A stretch of 64,000 nt of DNA from the NCBI GenBank assembly GCA_044376115.1, contig JBILLK010000015.1:168423-232422 (forward strand), given 5' to 3'. Origin of the DNA: Polyangiaceae bacterium (lineage in GTDB: Bacteria > Myxococcota_A > Polyangia > Polyangiales > Polyangiaceae). A program made the translations under genes and the position numbers. This document shows positions 47,901 to 58,205 of this stretch, piece after piece; the first letter of the stretch is position 1; every line of letters starts with the position of its first letter. Under the pieces are notes generated by a model. The model did no database searches. It was not told where the DNA came from and worked only from the letters and a program-made list of their open reading frames with translations.

Positions 47901-48559
47901 GCCTTGTCGGCCTGAGGGCCGAGGTCTTTGGCACGTAGCCGATTGCGCACTACATCGCCGGCGCGCTCAATCATGCGCTGCAACGTGCGCTGGTTAACGC
48001 CGGTATCGGCGATGATCTCACGGTGGGTCTTGCCGTTGATGACGTGCGCAAAGAACACCGTCCGATCCGCTGGTTCAACACCTTCGAGTGCCTGCAGTAC
48101 CTCCCGCTCCGCTTCACGCGCTAGGATCGTCTCCTCACCGAACGCTGCCCGCACGGCGGCTTCACACAGAAAGCCGCAAGCCACACGTTCGAGAGCCGCG
48201 ACGATGTCGGCGCGCTCATCCCCTAGTTGCGCAGAGAGCGCTTCTTCCAACGAGGCTTCACGTGGGCTTGGGATCTGACTGACTTGCCGTTCGCTGAAGC
48301 GTATTAACGAGCGTTGCGCCCTGTATTCACGGCCCATCGTTCTCAGCAACGCCCCGCGAATAGCTAGCCGAGCAAACGGCTCGAACTCTCCGGCCTCCTC
48401 GCGGTAGCGCAGTACAGCCAAGCTCAGTGCCTCATACCCTGCGGAGCGCAGCTCAGCGCGCATGGTCTCGTCTGTGCGCAGGCCAAGGGCCATCCGGTCC
48501 ACGATTGGCTTGAGCCGAGCAACCATAGCCTGTTGAGCGGGCGTCAGCGCTTGCGTCAA
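47897..48559 (-). CDS. Sigma70-family RNA polymerase sigma factor
   Basis: Region 2 ELRSAGYEALSLAVLRY...FEPFARLAIRG; region 4 HTH GKTHREI...GVNQRTL. Confidence 0.75.
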   Translation of the reverse strand: MTQALTPAQQAMVARLKPIVDRMALGLRTDETMRAELRSAGYEALSLAVLRYREEAGEFEPFARLAIRGALLRTMGREYRAQRSLIRFSERQVSQIPSPREASLEEALSAQLGDERADIVAALERVACGFLCEAAVRAAFGEETILAREAEREVLQALEGVEPADRTVFFAHVINGKTHREIIADTGVNQRTLQRMIERAGDVVRNRLRAKDLGPQADKA

Positions 48560-48834
48560 CGGGACTTGCCCTTCGCCGAGTTGCCCTCCGACCGGAGGAT
48601 TTCCCCGCTTCGATCGACGACGGGTGCTGGCAGGAGCCGTTCAAGCATCCCCTCCCCCTCTACACTGCCAAGCAGCTGCAAGACCAGCTCAGCACGCAGG
48701 AGCGCCAAACCTTCCTCACTCAAGTGCTCAGCAAAGGGAACGAGGGCTTGCTCAGCGAGCTCATTTGCGAGCGCTGCCCGCTGCTCCGAGTCCTTTTGCT
48801 GTTCAGGCGTCCATTCCTCAGCCGGAAGACTCAA
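48556..48834 (-). CDS. Small hypothetical protein co-transcribed with the sigma factor
   Basis: 92-aa helical ORF, 4-bp overlap with the sigma gene. Confidence 0.5.
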   Translation of the reverse strand: MSLPAEEWTPEQQKDSEQRAALANELAEQALVPFAEHLSEEGLALLRAELVLQLLGSVEGEGMLERLLPAPVVDRSGEILRSEGNSAKGKSR

Positions 48835-48855
48835 CGCAACACCTCACTTGCATAG

Positions 48856-48912
48856 TTACTCCGTCAGCAAAGAAGTGGACAGAAGCTGTCCAGTTTTTTG
48901 ACCTGAAGGTAA
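48856..48912. promoter_or_regulatory. Back-to-back promoter-like motifs TGTCCA-N16-GTAA
   Basis: Palindrome TGGACAG-aag-CTGTCCA at 48876-48892; GTAA lies exactly 16 nt beyond TGTCCA on both strands. Confidence 0.6.
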
Positions 48913-48922
48913 ATACGTTTGG

Positions 48923-50176
48923 GTGTCGCCATCCACTGGGTCTGCGGAGTCTGCGCTTCAGCTTGCCGCTCGAGAGCTCGCTCAGTCTCGTTATGCTCCG
49001 CTAACGCACTTGGCCTCTGGGTCCTTCGGGGACGTATTCGTCGTGCGCCACCGAGATCTCGATACTGAGTTGGTCTTGAAGCTGCTCAAGCCCGAGTTCA
49101 AGACGCACACCGACATCGTTGAGCGCTTGAAGGTGGAGGCGCGCATTCTGACGCGGTTCAGCCACGAGAACTTGATGCGGGTCACGGACTTTGGTTGGGC
49201 GCTGAGCGGTCAGCCGTTCCTGGTTTCTGAGAAGCTGCATGGGGAAACGCTGCAAGACCGTCTTAAACGTGAACGCGCTCTGCCGTTGGCCCTCGCCATC
49301 GATTTCGCGAAGCAGCTGCTTCGCGGCCTCGCCGTCGTGCATGAGGCGAGGTTGGTGCATCGCGACATCAAGCCAGCCAACCTCTTTCTTGCGCAGCAAA
49401 ACGCAGGTGCGGTGGTGTTGAAGATTCTCGATTTCGGAATCGCCAAGATTCTCGACCCGGAGGAGGGCGCCTCCTTCGGCCGTCACATTCAGACGGCGGA
49501 AGGCATGGTGCTTGGAACGCCTGCCTTTCTTGCACCCGAGCAGATCCTTGGCCGCCCTGTTGATGCACGCACGGACCTGTACGCAAGCGCGGGAGTGCTC
49601 TTTCGCATGCTTACAGGAAGGCCTGTCTTTACAGCCTCCTCGCAAGAAGAACTAATCCTGTCGCACATTCAGCAAGTGCCCGATCTGGTCTCACAACACG
49701 TGGGCTACCCAGTTCCCCCGGGAGTGGACGAGGCGATTGCAACAGCCTTCTCCAAGGCACCAGCCGCGCGTTTCCAGACCGCGCATGAGTTCATTGCCGC
49801 ATTGGACCAAGCGATGGTCAGCTCCGTAAAGGCCAAGCCAGGCAACACACTTCGGCTTCCCTCAAGTCCAACCGAGTGGACGGCGCAAGCGATGCCCGCA
49901 CCGGGGGCGCTGCGCTTTCATGGGGAGGACCCCGAGGAGGGCACGGTGTATTCAACGCAACCGCTTCGCGAAGCCGAACCCGTGAAGGCAGCACCGCCGG
50001 CCGCCGTCCCGAGGTCCCCTGCAAATCCGCCCATCAGCTCCATTCAACCCAAGGCCACAACCACCCCGATTGAATCAACGTCAGCCCAGCCCTCCTACGT
50101 TGTGGCAATCCTCGCAGTAACCGTCGGCGTCTTGGCGGTGCTCGTCCTTGTGCTCGGCGTCCTCCACTTTGGATAG
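48923..50176 (+). CDS. Ser/Thr protein kinase with C-terminal TM helix
   Basis: ASGSFGDV, VLK, HRDIKPAN, DFG, GTPAFLAPE. Confidence 0.92.
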   Translation: MSPSTGSAESALQLAARELAQSRYAPLTHLASGSFGDVFVVRHRDLDTELVLKLLKPEFKTHTDIVERLKVEARILTRFSHENLMRVTDFGWALSGQPFLVSEKLHGETLQDRLKRERALPLALAIDFAKQLLRGLAVVHEARLVHRDIKPANLFLAQQNAGAVVLKILDFGIAKILDPEEGASFGRHIQTAEGMVLGTPAFLAPEQILGRPVDARTDLYASAGVLFRMLTGRPVFTASSQEELILSHIQQVPDLVSQHVGYPVPPGVDEAIATAFSKAPAARFQTAHEFIAALDQAMVSSVKAKPGNTLRLPSSPTEWTAQAMPAPGALRFHGEDPEEGTVYSTQPLREAEPVKAAPPAAVPRSPANPPISSIQPKATTTPIESTSAQPSYVVAILAVTVGVLAVLVLVLGVLHFG

Positions 50177-50267
50177 CATGCTGACGCTCGCCTCCCCTTC
50201 GCCACGCTTGGGTCTTTGGGCTACCGCCCGATTCGGTTTATCGCTCTTGAACGACGCCTCCTCACCC

Positions 50268-52097
50268 ATGACTGACGACGACGGAGAGCCGCTCGTCTGC
50301 GCGCCCGGACAGATCTACGGCGGCTGCGAGATCGTGCGCTTCATGGCGGCTGGCGGCACCTGTCAAATCTACGAAGCGCGTCACGCCATCATGCAGCGCC
50401 GCGTGGCAATCAAGGTGCAGAAGGCCCACTTGCGCAGCAACGGCAAGCGCTCGCACCGGATCGCCAGTGAGGCCATGGCGCTGGCTGCGATCGATCACCC
50501 CAACGTCGTGCGGGTCTTTCACGCGGACGTTGATGAACGGGTCGGGCTCTACATCGTCCAGGAGTTCTTACAGGGTCGAGACCTGCGCAGGACAATCGAC
50601 GATCTCGGCAAGACTGGGCGCAGGTTAGCGATCAAGGTTGCAAGCGCAGTCGCCCTCGAAATAGCCGATGCCATTGGCTCATTCCATGAAGTGGGGATCC
50701 TTCACCGCGACCTGAAGCCCGACAATATTTTCCTCCACGAACGCAAGCCGGGGGATGTGGTTGTGAAGGTGTTGGATCTCGGTATTGCCAAGTTGCCACA
50801 GGGCAAATCCAAGACCACGGATAAGCAGATTGCCGTCGGCACCCTGCCTTACATGGCGCCCGAGCAACTCCTCGAGGGCGTGTCCTCGGCTCAGTCGGAT
50901 GTCTACGCTTTGGCCTTGGTCTATGACGAGATGCTCTCGGGCAAACACGCGTTCTCCCCTGGCTCAGCCGTACTAAATCCGGCGCTTCGGGATTCGGTGA
51001 TCCGCGCTCGCATTCTCGGCGGTATCTACGACCCGCTCAGCGTGCGTGTTTCAGGCTTTCCGCGACCACTCAGTGATTTCGTAGGCCGCTGTTTGGCGCG
51101 CTCGCCAAGCGATCGTCCTGCGACCATGCTGGCCTTCGCAGACGAGCTGCGTCGAGTCGTACGAAGTCTCGACGAAGTGCCCAGCGAGGCGAAGGCGCCG
51201 CCGGCGGCCGCAACGCCACCAGCTGCGACAGCGCGCACGGAGGGGCCAGACGAATCCACTCAGCGCACGGCAGCTACGCCAACGTCCGCCCTCAATGGCC
51301 AGCGGCCGAAGCCAGCGGGTGGGACGGATCGTATTACGCCTGCGGCTCCCGCAAGGAAGTCTGCGGAGAGCAACAACGCTCCTCTGTTGCCGCCGTTCGC
51401 GGTGCCGCTCGCAAGCAAACTTGAGGTGCCAAGTTTCGTATTGACGCATGCGCCCGGAGCTTGGCGCTTCTTGCGTATCCCGTTGCTGCTAAAGCCGAGC
51501 GCAAGCGTGCTGGCGCGAGGGCTGATGAACTTCGGGCAAGACGGTGAAGTTCCTCTCCCCGGGCTGCCTCGCATGCTGGTGCAGGAGAACCATGAGGGTG
51601 ACTTCTACGCCATGTCTTCCCAGGCGGAGCTCGAGGGGGTTGATTCGCGCAAGCCACTGCGTGCTTACGCAACGTTCAAGCTCGGCCCCTATACTTTTAC
51701 CTTCGTTCCGCCCACACCCAACGGACTCGGAATTCCACCTGACTACGAAAAGCTCACGGTACCTCGGGATACGCCACTCCACGGCCCTTCGCTGCTAATC
51801 AAAGCGGGGCACAAGCTGACAGTCGACCGAGTGTTTCCTTTGCGTGGTGCACGGCAACGCGTGGGAGGCGAGGTGGATCTCGAAGTGCCGCTGTTCCGCT
51901 TGAACGTTGCGCTCGCAGCCACGCTTGACTGGAACCCGCATGAAGGTGCGTTCGTCGTTACGCGTAGCCCCGCAGCGGCTGGCGTACGGCTAAGCGGTTC
52001 ACGTGCGGATCAGGGCTTGCTTGCCCCATTCGGCGCTATCGAAGTAGACGGGTGGCACTTGGTTCTTCTACCAGCCCAACAAGGGAGGCGCGCATGA
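50268..52097 (+). CDS. Ser/Thr protein kinase with C-terminal beta-rich (possibly degenerate FHA-like) region
   Basis: VAIK, HRDLKPDN, DLG, GTLPYMAPE. Confidence 0.9.
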   Translation: MTDDDGEPLVCAPGQIYGGCEIVRFMAAGGTCQIYEARHAIMQRRVAIKVQKAHLRSNGKRSHRIASEAMALAAIDHPNVVRVFHADVDERVGLYIVQEFLQGRDLRRTIDDLGKTGRRLAIKVASAVALEIADAIGSFHEVGILHRDLKPDNIFLHERKPGDVVVKVLDLGIAKLPQGKSKTTDKQIAVGTLPYMAPEQLLEGVSSAQSDVYALALVYDEMLSGKHAFSPGSAVLNPALRDSVIRARILGGIYDPLSVRVSGFPRPLSDFVGRCLARSPSDRPATMLAFADELRRVVRSLDEVPSEAKAPPAAATPPAATARTEGPDESTQRTAATPTSALNGQRPKPAGGTDRITPAAPARKSAESNNAPLLPPFAVPLASKLEVPSFVLTHAPGAWRFLRIPLLLKPSASVLARGLMNFGQDGEVPLPGLPRMLVQENHEGDFYAMSSQAELEGVDSRKPLRAYATFKLGPYTFTFVPPTPNGLGIPPDYEKLTVPRDTPLHGPSLLIKAGHKLTVDRVFPLRGARQRVGGEVDLEVPLFRLNVALAATLDWNPHEGAFVVTRSPAAAGVRLSGSRADQGLLAPFGAIEVDGWHLVLLPAQQGRRA

Positions 52098-52735
52098 CGA
52101 AGCCAGAGCGGCACGACACGGCGGAGAACCTCCTTTCACCTGAGGCTGTTGAGCGCGCCTTGGCGGGGAAAGCCAGCAAGGAGAAGGCGCAAGCTTTCCA
52201 GGAGCGCCTGCAAGACAACCCCGATGCGCGTCAGGCGCTCGAACGATTCAACAAGCTCGGGGACACGCAAAACCCTCGTCACTCCGGCTTGCAACGCCTT
52301 GAACAGAGTCCAAGCGCCGTTGCTCCTCGCGCGGCCGTAGCCCAACCCGCAGCGCTCAAACCGACGCGCAATCAGCGTTTGTTTTTCATCGTCGCGCTGG
52401 CCCTGCTGTTGCTGCTGCTGGGCTTGTTGACGCTGCTACTGACGGGCGCACTCGATTCCGCGCCCAGCCAGCCCAACCAGAGTGCTGACGTAACTGCCTC
52501 GCTACCAAAACTACCTTCTCCAACAGGCTCCGTCACGCCGACCGCAACGAGCCCATTGACGGCTACAACACCGACGGCGAGCGCGGTCCCGCTTCTCACG
52601 ACTCCAGCTCCAACGGCCCTGCCCTCGGCTACGAGCTCGCCCCAACCCAAAACCAGCGCCGCACCTGCCGTGACAAGCCCACAGCCGACCAGCACGCCGA
52701 CTTCCAAACTCTTCTTCCCTGACCAGAATCGATGA
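52094..52735 (+). CDS. Single-TM protein with Pro/Thr/Ser-rich extracytoplasmic tail
   Basis: Long Leu-rich TM; ATGA-coupled on both sides. Confidence 0.65.
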   Translation: MTKPERHDTAENLLSPEAVERALAGKASKEKAQAFQERLQDNPDARQALERFNKLGDTQNPRHSGLQRLEQSPSAVAPRAAVAQPAALKPTRNQRLFFIVALALLLLLLGLLTLLLTGALDSAPSQPNQSADVTASLPKLPSPTGSVTPTATSPLTATTPTASAVPLLTTPAPTALPSATSSPQPKTSAAPAVTSPQPTSTPTSKLFFPDQNR

Positions 52736-53745
52736 AGACTTCCTCTTACTTCGCAGCTGCCGTGATCGCTCTTAGTACGCTGTCTCAAGCGAGGATTGCT
52801 GAGGCGGATGAGACGCCGCTCGCCGATGCCAAAGAGCTGGAGAAGGCCGACCGGCTGTTCCGAGAAGGTAATGCCGCATTTGACGCCAAGGATTTTACGA
52901 AGGCGCGCGCGCTTTATCTTGAAGCTTACGCCATCAAGAAGACCTACGACATTGCCGGCCATCTTGGCTTGACCGAGATGGAGCTAAAGCTCTACCGCCC
53001 TGCAGCCGAGCACCTCGCCACCTCGCTGCGCAATGCTCCGCCGCATCAGGGAAAAAAGCCGTTCGAGGCGGTGATTCGGGAACTGGAGCGAGCCAAGAAG
53101 GAAGTGGCGACGGTTAAGCTTGAGGCTCCGGCAGGTGCCATCTTGTTTGTTGATGGCGTGGAAGTAGCCAAAGCGCCATTTACTCACGAGGTATTTCTCG
53201 AAGCTGGAAGCCATACCTTTGAAGCCAAAGCCCCGAATCAGAAAGGCACTGAGCAGAGAGAGCTCTCGAAGGGGGACACGCTCACGGTCAGTTTGAAGCT
53301 CCTCGACCTTCCTGCCGGACCTTCAACGGAACCGGTTAAGAAGCCACCGATCCAACCCCCGGTGGAAGAGGGTCGCCCGATGTGGCCAGGCTGGGTACTT
53401 GGGGGTACTGGCTTGGCGCTGGCGGGCGTTGGAGGAGCCTTGCTTGGTATAGGGCAAAGCAAGCTTGCCGATGCAGAGACCGTCGGCGGGGAGATTGCTG
53501 CGCTTGGCGGCACCTGTGAGCCAGCCGTTGGTCCCGGCTCCGAACGTTGCGCCGAGGCCGTCGACACCATCGATAGCGGTGACACCCTCTCAACCGCTGG
53601 CGTTGTACTCGTTGGTGTTGGTGGAGCGATGTTGATTGGCGGGATTATCTACTTGGTTATCCCCGATGCCGAGCCGGCAAAGGCTGCCCTTGTACCGTGG
53701 GCAACCCCCGACGGCGCTGGGCTCGTTGTGCAAGGAGCTTTTTGA
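52732..53745 (+). CDS. Secreted TPR + PEGA domain protein
   Basis: Signal peptide, TPR helix pairs, PAGAILFVDG...FLEAGSHTFEA PEGA segment, C-terminal GLVVQGAF. Confidence 0.8.
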   Translation: MKTSSYFAAAVIALSTLSQARIAEADETPLADAKELEKADRLFREGNAAFDAKDFTKARALYLEAYAIKKTYDIAGHLGLTEMELKLYRPAAEHLATSLRNAPPHQGKKPFEAVIRELERAKKEVATVKLEAPAGAILFVDGVEVAKAPFTHEVFLEAGSHTFEAKAPNQKGTEQRELSKGDTLTVSLKLLDLPAGPSTEPVKKPPIQPPVEEGRPMWPGWVLGGTGLALAGVGGALLGIGQSKLADAETVGGEIAALGGTCEPAVGPGSERCAEAVDTIDSGDTLSTAGVVLVGVGGAMLIGGIIYLVIPDAEPAKAALVPWATPDGAGLVVQGAF

Positions 53746-53746
53746 T

Positions 53747-55354
53747 ATGCGATCCATCGGATGCAACGTTCTTATGCTGGCAGGCTTCTGCCTCGCTGCG
53801 TCTGCCTGCAAAACGGAAAGGTGCGATCTGCTTCCGTGCACCATCAACGACGATGGAACCGCTGGCTTTGCGGGCTCCGGTGGAATTGGCGCGCAAGGCG
53901 GGAGCGGCGGAGCTAATGGTGGCGGTGGCGCGGGTGGGATGGGCGGGATGGGAGCGGGCGGGACGGGCGGCGCTGCGGCGGGTTGTGTCCCGAATGAACT
54001 AGCTGCCGGGGAAAGCCTGGATGCGAGTTGCGGCGTGTTCGTCGACTTTGCTGGCTCTGGCGCGGGTACCAAAGACGCGCCGACCAATGACTTGCAGGCG
54101 GCTCTGCAGCAAGCCCAAGCCGGCAAAGCGGTCTACATCTGTGGCACCGACACGTTCACCGGCAGCTTTACCCTTGAGGGCGGCATATCCATCTATGGCG
54201 CGCTCAATTGCGATTGGACCTTCAACGCAGCCGCAAAGCCCAAGCTCGTTGGCAACGTCGACGTTCCGACTCTCGTGCTCACGGGCGCGGGTGCCACGCG
54301 GCTCGAAGACCTCGAGCTTGAAAACCCCAATGCTCTTGCTCCTGGAGCCTCCAGCATTGGACTACTCGTTAGTGAAACCACGCTAAACGCCGCTCGCTTG
54401 AGGATCTCCACCGGCAACGGCGCCGCGGGCGCAGCTGGCGTTGCTCCGGGTGGAACGGGGACCCTCGGCGGCAACGGTACCGTCGGCGGCGCCGGGTGCG
54501 TTAGCGCCCAAAGCGTACCGGGCGGAGCCGGGAGCGTGAACATGTGTGGTGGAGGCGTTCTCAGCGCTGGCGGAGATGGTGGCAACGGGAACGTACTCGC
54601 AGGAGGCAACGGAACGGCTGGCGACGCAAACCCACCGAATCCCGCTGCAATAGCCAACGCTGGCTCGGGAGATCCAGGACCCGGGACCTGCACACCTGGT
54701 GGAAATGGTGCCGCAGGGCAACCAGGCGGGGTTGGGCTCGGCGGTGGTGGACTTGGCGTAGTCACCACCAGCGGATTTAGCAGCGTGGACGGACAGGCGG
54801 GACAGTCTGCAGGCGGACCTGGGCAAGGCGGGGGCGGAGGCGGGGGCGCGCGTGGCGCGGACGTTTGCGTAGGTAATGCCGCGGCTTCAGGTGGAGGCGG
54901 CGGAGCCGGTGGCTGCGGCGGAGCTCCAGGCAGCGGCGGGGGCGGAGGCGGTTCCTCGATCTCCATCGTTGTGTTCAACGCAGCGTTCAACGGTGACGGG
55001 CTTGAACTCTTCACGCAAACCGGTGGCGTTGGTGGGGCCGGTAGCTCGGGCCAACCCGGCGGCGGCGGTGGGCAACCCGGACTTGGAGGTGCCAATGGCG
55101 GCTGCGCTGGCGGTCAAGGTGGGCAAGGCGGCCGCGGCGGAGCGGGCGGCGGCGGCCTTGGTGGGCACAGCCTCGGCATTGCCATTCAATCCAATTCCGA
55201 ACCGACCTTAACCAACTCAACACACACTATCGGCAACCCGGGAGCCGCTGGTCTCGGCGGCAACGGTGGACCCAACAACCTCGGCGGAACTGGGGATCCC
55301 GGCCAGCGTTGCCTGGTCCTGGATTTTGATACCGCCGACTGTATTCAGCCGTAG
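53747..55354 (+). CDS. Gly-rich (PGRS-like) lipoprotein, copy A
   Basis: ASAC lipobox, GVFV...GTKDAP...LQAAL beta-helix cap, GGxGG repeats. Confidence 0.8.
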   Translation: MRSIGCNVLMLAGFCLAASACKTERCDLLPCTINDDGTAGFAGSGGIGAQGGSGGANGGGGAGGMGGMGAGGTGGAAAGCVPNELAAGESLDASCGVFVDFAGSGAGTKDAPTNDLQAALQQAQAGKAVYICGTDTFTGSFTLEGGISIYGALNCDWTFNAAAKPKLVGNVDVPTLVLTGAGATRLEDLELENPNALAPGASSIGLLVSETTLNAARLRISTGNGAAGAAGVAPGGTGTLGGNGTVGGAGCVSAQSVPGGAGSVNMCGGGVLSAGGDGGNGNVLAGGNGTAGDANPPNPAAIANAGSGDPGPGTCTPGGNGAAGQPGGVGLGGGGLGVVTTSGFSSVDGQAGQSAGGPGQGGGGGGGARGADVCVGNAAASGGGGGAGGCGGAPGSGGGGGGSSISIVVFNAAFNGDGLELFTQTGGVGGAGSSGQPGGGGGQPGLGGANGGCAGGQGGQGGRGGAGGGGLGGHSLGIAIQSNSEPTLTNSTHTIGNPGAAGLGGNGGPNNLGGTGDPGQRCLVLDFDTADCIQP

Positions 55355-55366
55355 AGACTGCGATCC

Positions 55367-56959
55367 ATGCGTGTTCACACTATCGCAACCAGCTTGCTCA
55401 CGATTTTACTGACAATCGGCTGCGCGGATGATTCCGTTTGCGCGGCCGCAAGCTGCGCGGGAGTTGGGGGCTTTGCGGGCTCCGGTGGGATTGGCGCGCA
55501 AGGCGGGAGCGGCGGAGCCAATGGTGGCGGTGGCGCGGGCGGGATTGGCGGTATGGGAGCGGGCGGGACGGGCGGCGCTGCGGCGGGTTGTGTCCCGAAT
55601 GAACTAGCTGCCGGGGAAAGCCTGGATGCGAGTTGCGGCGTGTTCGTCGACGTTGCGGGCTCTGGCGCGGGAACCAAAGACGCGCCTACCAACGATTTGC
55701 AAGCGGCGCTGCAACAAGCCCAAGCCGGCAAAGCGGTCTACATCTGTGGCACCGATACGTTCACCGGCAGCTTCACCCTTGACGGCGGGATATCCATCTA
55801 TGGCGCGCTCAATTGCGATTGGACCTTCAACGCAGCCGCAAAGCCCAAGCTCGTCGGCAACGTCGACGTTCCAACCCTCGTGCTTGCGGGCGCGGGTACC
55901 ACCCGGCTCGAAGACCTCGACCTTGAAAGCCCCAATGCTCTTGCTCCTGGAGCCTCCAGCATTGGACTACTCGTTAGTGAAACCACGCTAAACGCCGCTC
56001 GATTGAGGATCTCCGCCGGCAACGGCGCCGCGGGCGCAGCTGGCGTTGCTCCGGGTGGAACGGGAACCCTTGGCGGCAACGGTACCGTCGGCGCCCTGGG
56101 TTGCGTTAGCGCGCAAAGCGTTCCGGGCGGAGGCGGCAGCGTAAACATGTGTGGCGGGGGCGTTCTCAGCGCTGGTGGAGACGGTGGCAGCGGTGCGCTC
56201 GTGAGTGGCGGGAATGGTTCTTCAGGTGGCTCGGACCCGCTCAATCCTGCCGCGATAGCCAACGCTGGTGCGGGGGATCCAGGAGTTGGGACGTGCACCC
56301 CTGGCGGAATTGGCGCCGAAGGGCAGCCCGGCGGGGTTGGGCTCGGTGGCGGTGGACTTGGCACAATCACAACAAGCGGCTTTAGCGGCGTCGACGGGCA
56401 AGCCGGACAGTCCGCAGGCGGCCCGGGGCAAGGCGGGGGCGGGGGCGGTGGAGCGCGCGGTGCTGACGTTTGCGCAGGCAATGCCGGCCCCTCAGGCGGA
56501 GGCGGTGGAGCCGGTGGCTGTGGCGGAGCCCCAGGAAGCGGCGGCGGGGCCGGCGGTTCTTCGATCGCCATCGTTGTTCTCAACGCATCCTTCAACGGAG
56601 ACGAACTTGAACTCCTTACCCAAACGGGTGGCGCTGGTGGGGTCGGCAGTTCGGGCCAACCGGGAGGGGGCGGCGGAAACCCCGGTGGCTCCGGTGGGAC
56701 TGGTTCATGTGGCGGCGGTCAAGGTGGGCAAGGCGGCCGCGGCGGTGCGGGCGGCGGCGGCCTTGGTGGACACAGCCTGGGCATAGCCATTCAATCCAAT
56801 TCCGAGCCGACCTTAACCAACTCCAGCCACACCATCGGCAACCCGGGAGCCGCTGGTCTCGGCGGCAATGGTGGACCCAACAACCTCGGCGGAACTGGGG
56901 AGCCCGGCCAGCGTTGCCTGGTCCTGGATTTTGATACCACCGATTGTGTTGGTCCCTAG
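55367..56959 (+). CDS. Gly-rich (PGRS-like) lipoprotein, copy B (tandem paralog)
   Basis: TIGC lipobox; highly similar to copy A from GFAGSGGIG onward. Confidence 0.8.
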   Translation: MRVHTIATSLLTILLTIGCADDSVCAAASCAGVGGFAGSGGIGAQGGSGGANGGGGAGGIGGMGAGGTGGAAAGCVPNELAAGESLDASCGVFVDVAGSGAGTKDAPTNDLQAALQQAQAGKAVYICGTDTFTGSFTLDGGISIYGALNCDWTFNAAAKPKLVGNVDVPTLVLAGAGTTRLEDLDLESPNALAPGASSIGLLVSETTLNAARLRISAGNGAAGAAGVAPGGTGTLGGNGTVGALGCVSAQSVPGGGGSVNMCGGGVLSAGGDGGSGALVSGGNGSSGGSDPLNPAAIANAGAGDPGVGTCTPGGIGAEGQPGGVGLGGGGLGTITTSGFSGVDGQAGQSAGGPGQGGGGGGGARGADVCAGNAGPSGGGGGAGGCGGAPGSGGGAGGSSIAIVVLNASFNGDELELLTQTGGAGGVGSSGQPGGGGGNPGGSGGTGSCGGGQGGQGGRGGAGGGGLGGHSLGIAIQSNSEPTLTNSSHTIGNPGAAGLGGNGGPNNLGGTGEPGQRCLVLDFDTTDCVGP

Positions 56960-56964
56960 CCTGC

Positions 56965-57576
56965 TTACCCAGCCACCCCCGCTCTTGCTAGCCTGCGCTT
57001 AAGCTTCTCTCTGCTCATCTTTAAGCGATAGTGGGCAGCGTTGTAGTCGAGCTCAAGCTCGCGAGCGGCCTCGGCGAGGGACTGGTCTTCAATCAGAACG
57101 CGTCGCACTAGTTCAACGTCCTTCGCTGCGAGGTCGCGAAGAGCGTCGCTGACTTGGCGGCTAAGTTCGACGTTGCGCTCGAACTCGAGGGCGCGGTGTT
57201 CGGCGCTAGGGCTGATGTAGTCGTCCGGGAGGTCATCACAGGAGACCACGTCGGGTACGAGGCGGGCAGCGTCGTGTTGCAGTTGCTGGGCACGTCTGCG
57301 CATGGCCGTAGCGACCGAGCGGTGAATGAAGGTGCCAAAGCTGGCGCGGCTTGGGTCGAAGCGGTGGCACAGCTTGAGCGCGTGCTCGGAGCCGAACTGC
57401 AACAGCTCCGGATAGCCCACCCAGTGGTAACGGCGCGCGGCTCGGGTTGCCAAGCGGTGTACGGTCTGGTGCAGCTGCCGCGCAATGCGCGACTCGAGCG
57501 TGAAAACGCTGTCCATTTCGGCGCGACAAGTCCCCCGGGCGCCCAGGCTGGGCACGGTCTTTCTTCTCATATCCAT
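56965..57576 (-). CDS. Sigma70-family RNA polymerase sigma factor
   Basis: Region 2 RFDPSRASFGTFI; region 4 QSLAEAARELELDYNAAHYRL; start uncertain. Confidence 0.75.
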   Translation of the reverse strand: MDMRRKTVPSLGARGTCRAEMDSVFTLESRIARQLHQTVHRLATRAARRYHWVGYPELLQFGSEHALKLCHRFDPSRASFGTFIHRSVATAMRRRAQQLQHDAARLVPDVVSCDDLPDDYISPSAEHRALEFERNVELSRQVSDALRDLAAKDVELVRRVLIEDQSLAEAARELELDYNAAHYRLKMSREKLKRRLARAGVAG

Positions 57577-57655
57577 TGAATCGCGAGCTGCTCGCGGAGA
57601 TGGACAGCCTATTTACAAAATTCGTCCGGGCCGGGGCCGAACGCGTGACCTTTGC

Positions 57656-58205
57656 CTTTGCCGGCAAAGGAGATCGACCGATTCGATCACTTTGCTTTGC
57701 GGGCAAAGGCTACCGAGTGACCTCATCACTTTGCTTTGCCGGCAAAGGAGGCTCGATTGATCCAAATGACTCTCCTTTGCGGGCAAAGGAGGATCGATTG
57801 ATCCAAACGACTTTCCTTTGCCAGGCAAAGCAAAGTTGATTGATCCAAACCACTTTTCTTTGCCTGGCAAAGCAAAACAGAGTCGAAGGACCTTTTGGAC
57901 CTTTGCCGGCAAAGGCAGATTGATTGGATCAAACGGTTTGCCTTTGCTCGGCAAAGAAAAGTGGATTGGATCAATCAGTTTGCCTTTGCTCGGCAAACCC
58001 AAATCGTTTGGATCAATCAGTTTGCCTTTGCCGGCAAACGTTTATTGATGGTCAATAACCGGCTGGCCTTTGCCGGCAAAGCCGGATTGATTGGATCAAA
58101 CGGGTTGCCTTTGGGCGGCAAACCCAGACCGTCTGGATCAATCAACTTGCCTTTGCCGGCAAAGCTGGATCGATTGGATCAAACGGGTTGCCTTTGCCGG
58201 CAAAG
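57656..58205. repeat. Array of 14 palindromes CTTTGCCGGCAAAG with 25-28-nt related spacers
   Basis: Cores start at 57656, 57695, 57734, 57775, 57816, 57858, 57901, 57942, 57984, 58026, 58068, 58109, 58151, 58192. Confidence 0.93.

Noticed and set aside
53747..56959. Mycobacterial PE-PGRS genes
   Set aside because: No PE domain; these are lipoproteins and the resemblance is only Gly-rich low complexity.
57656..58205. CRISPR array
   Set aside because: Repeat core is only 14-15 bp, spacers are similar to one another and flip orientation mid-array, and no cas genes are in the window.
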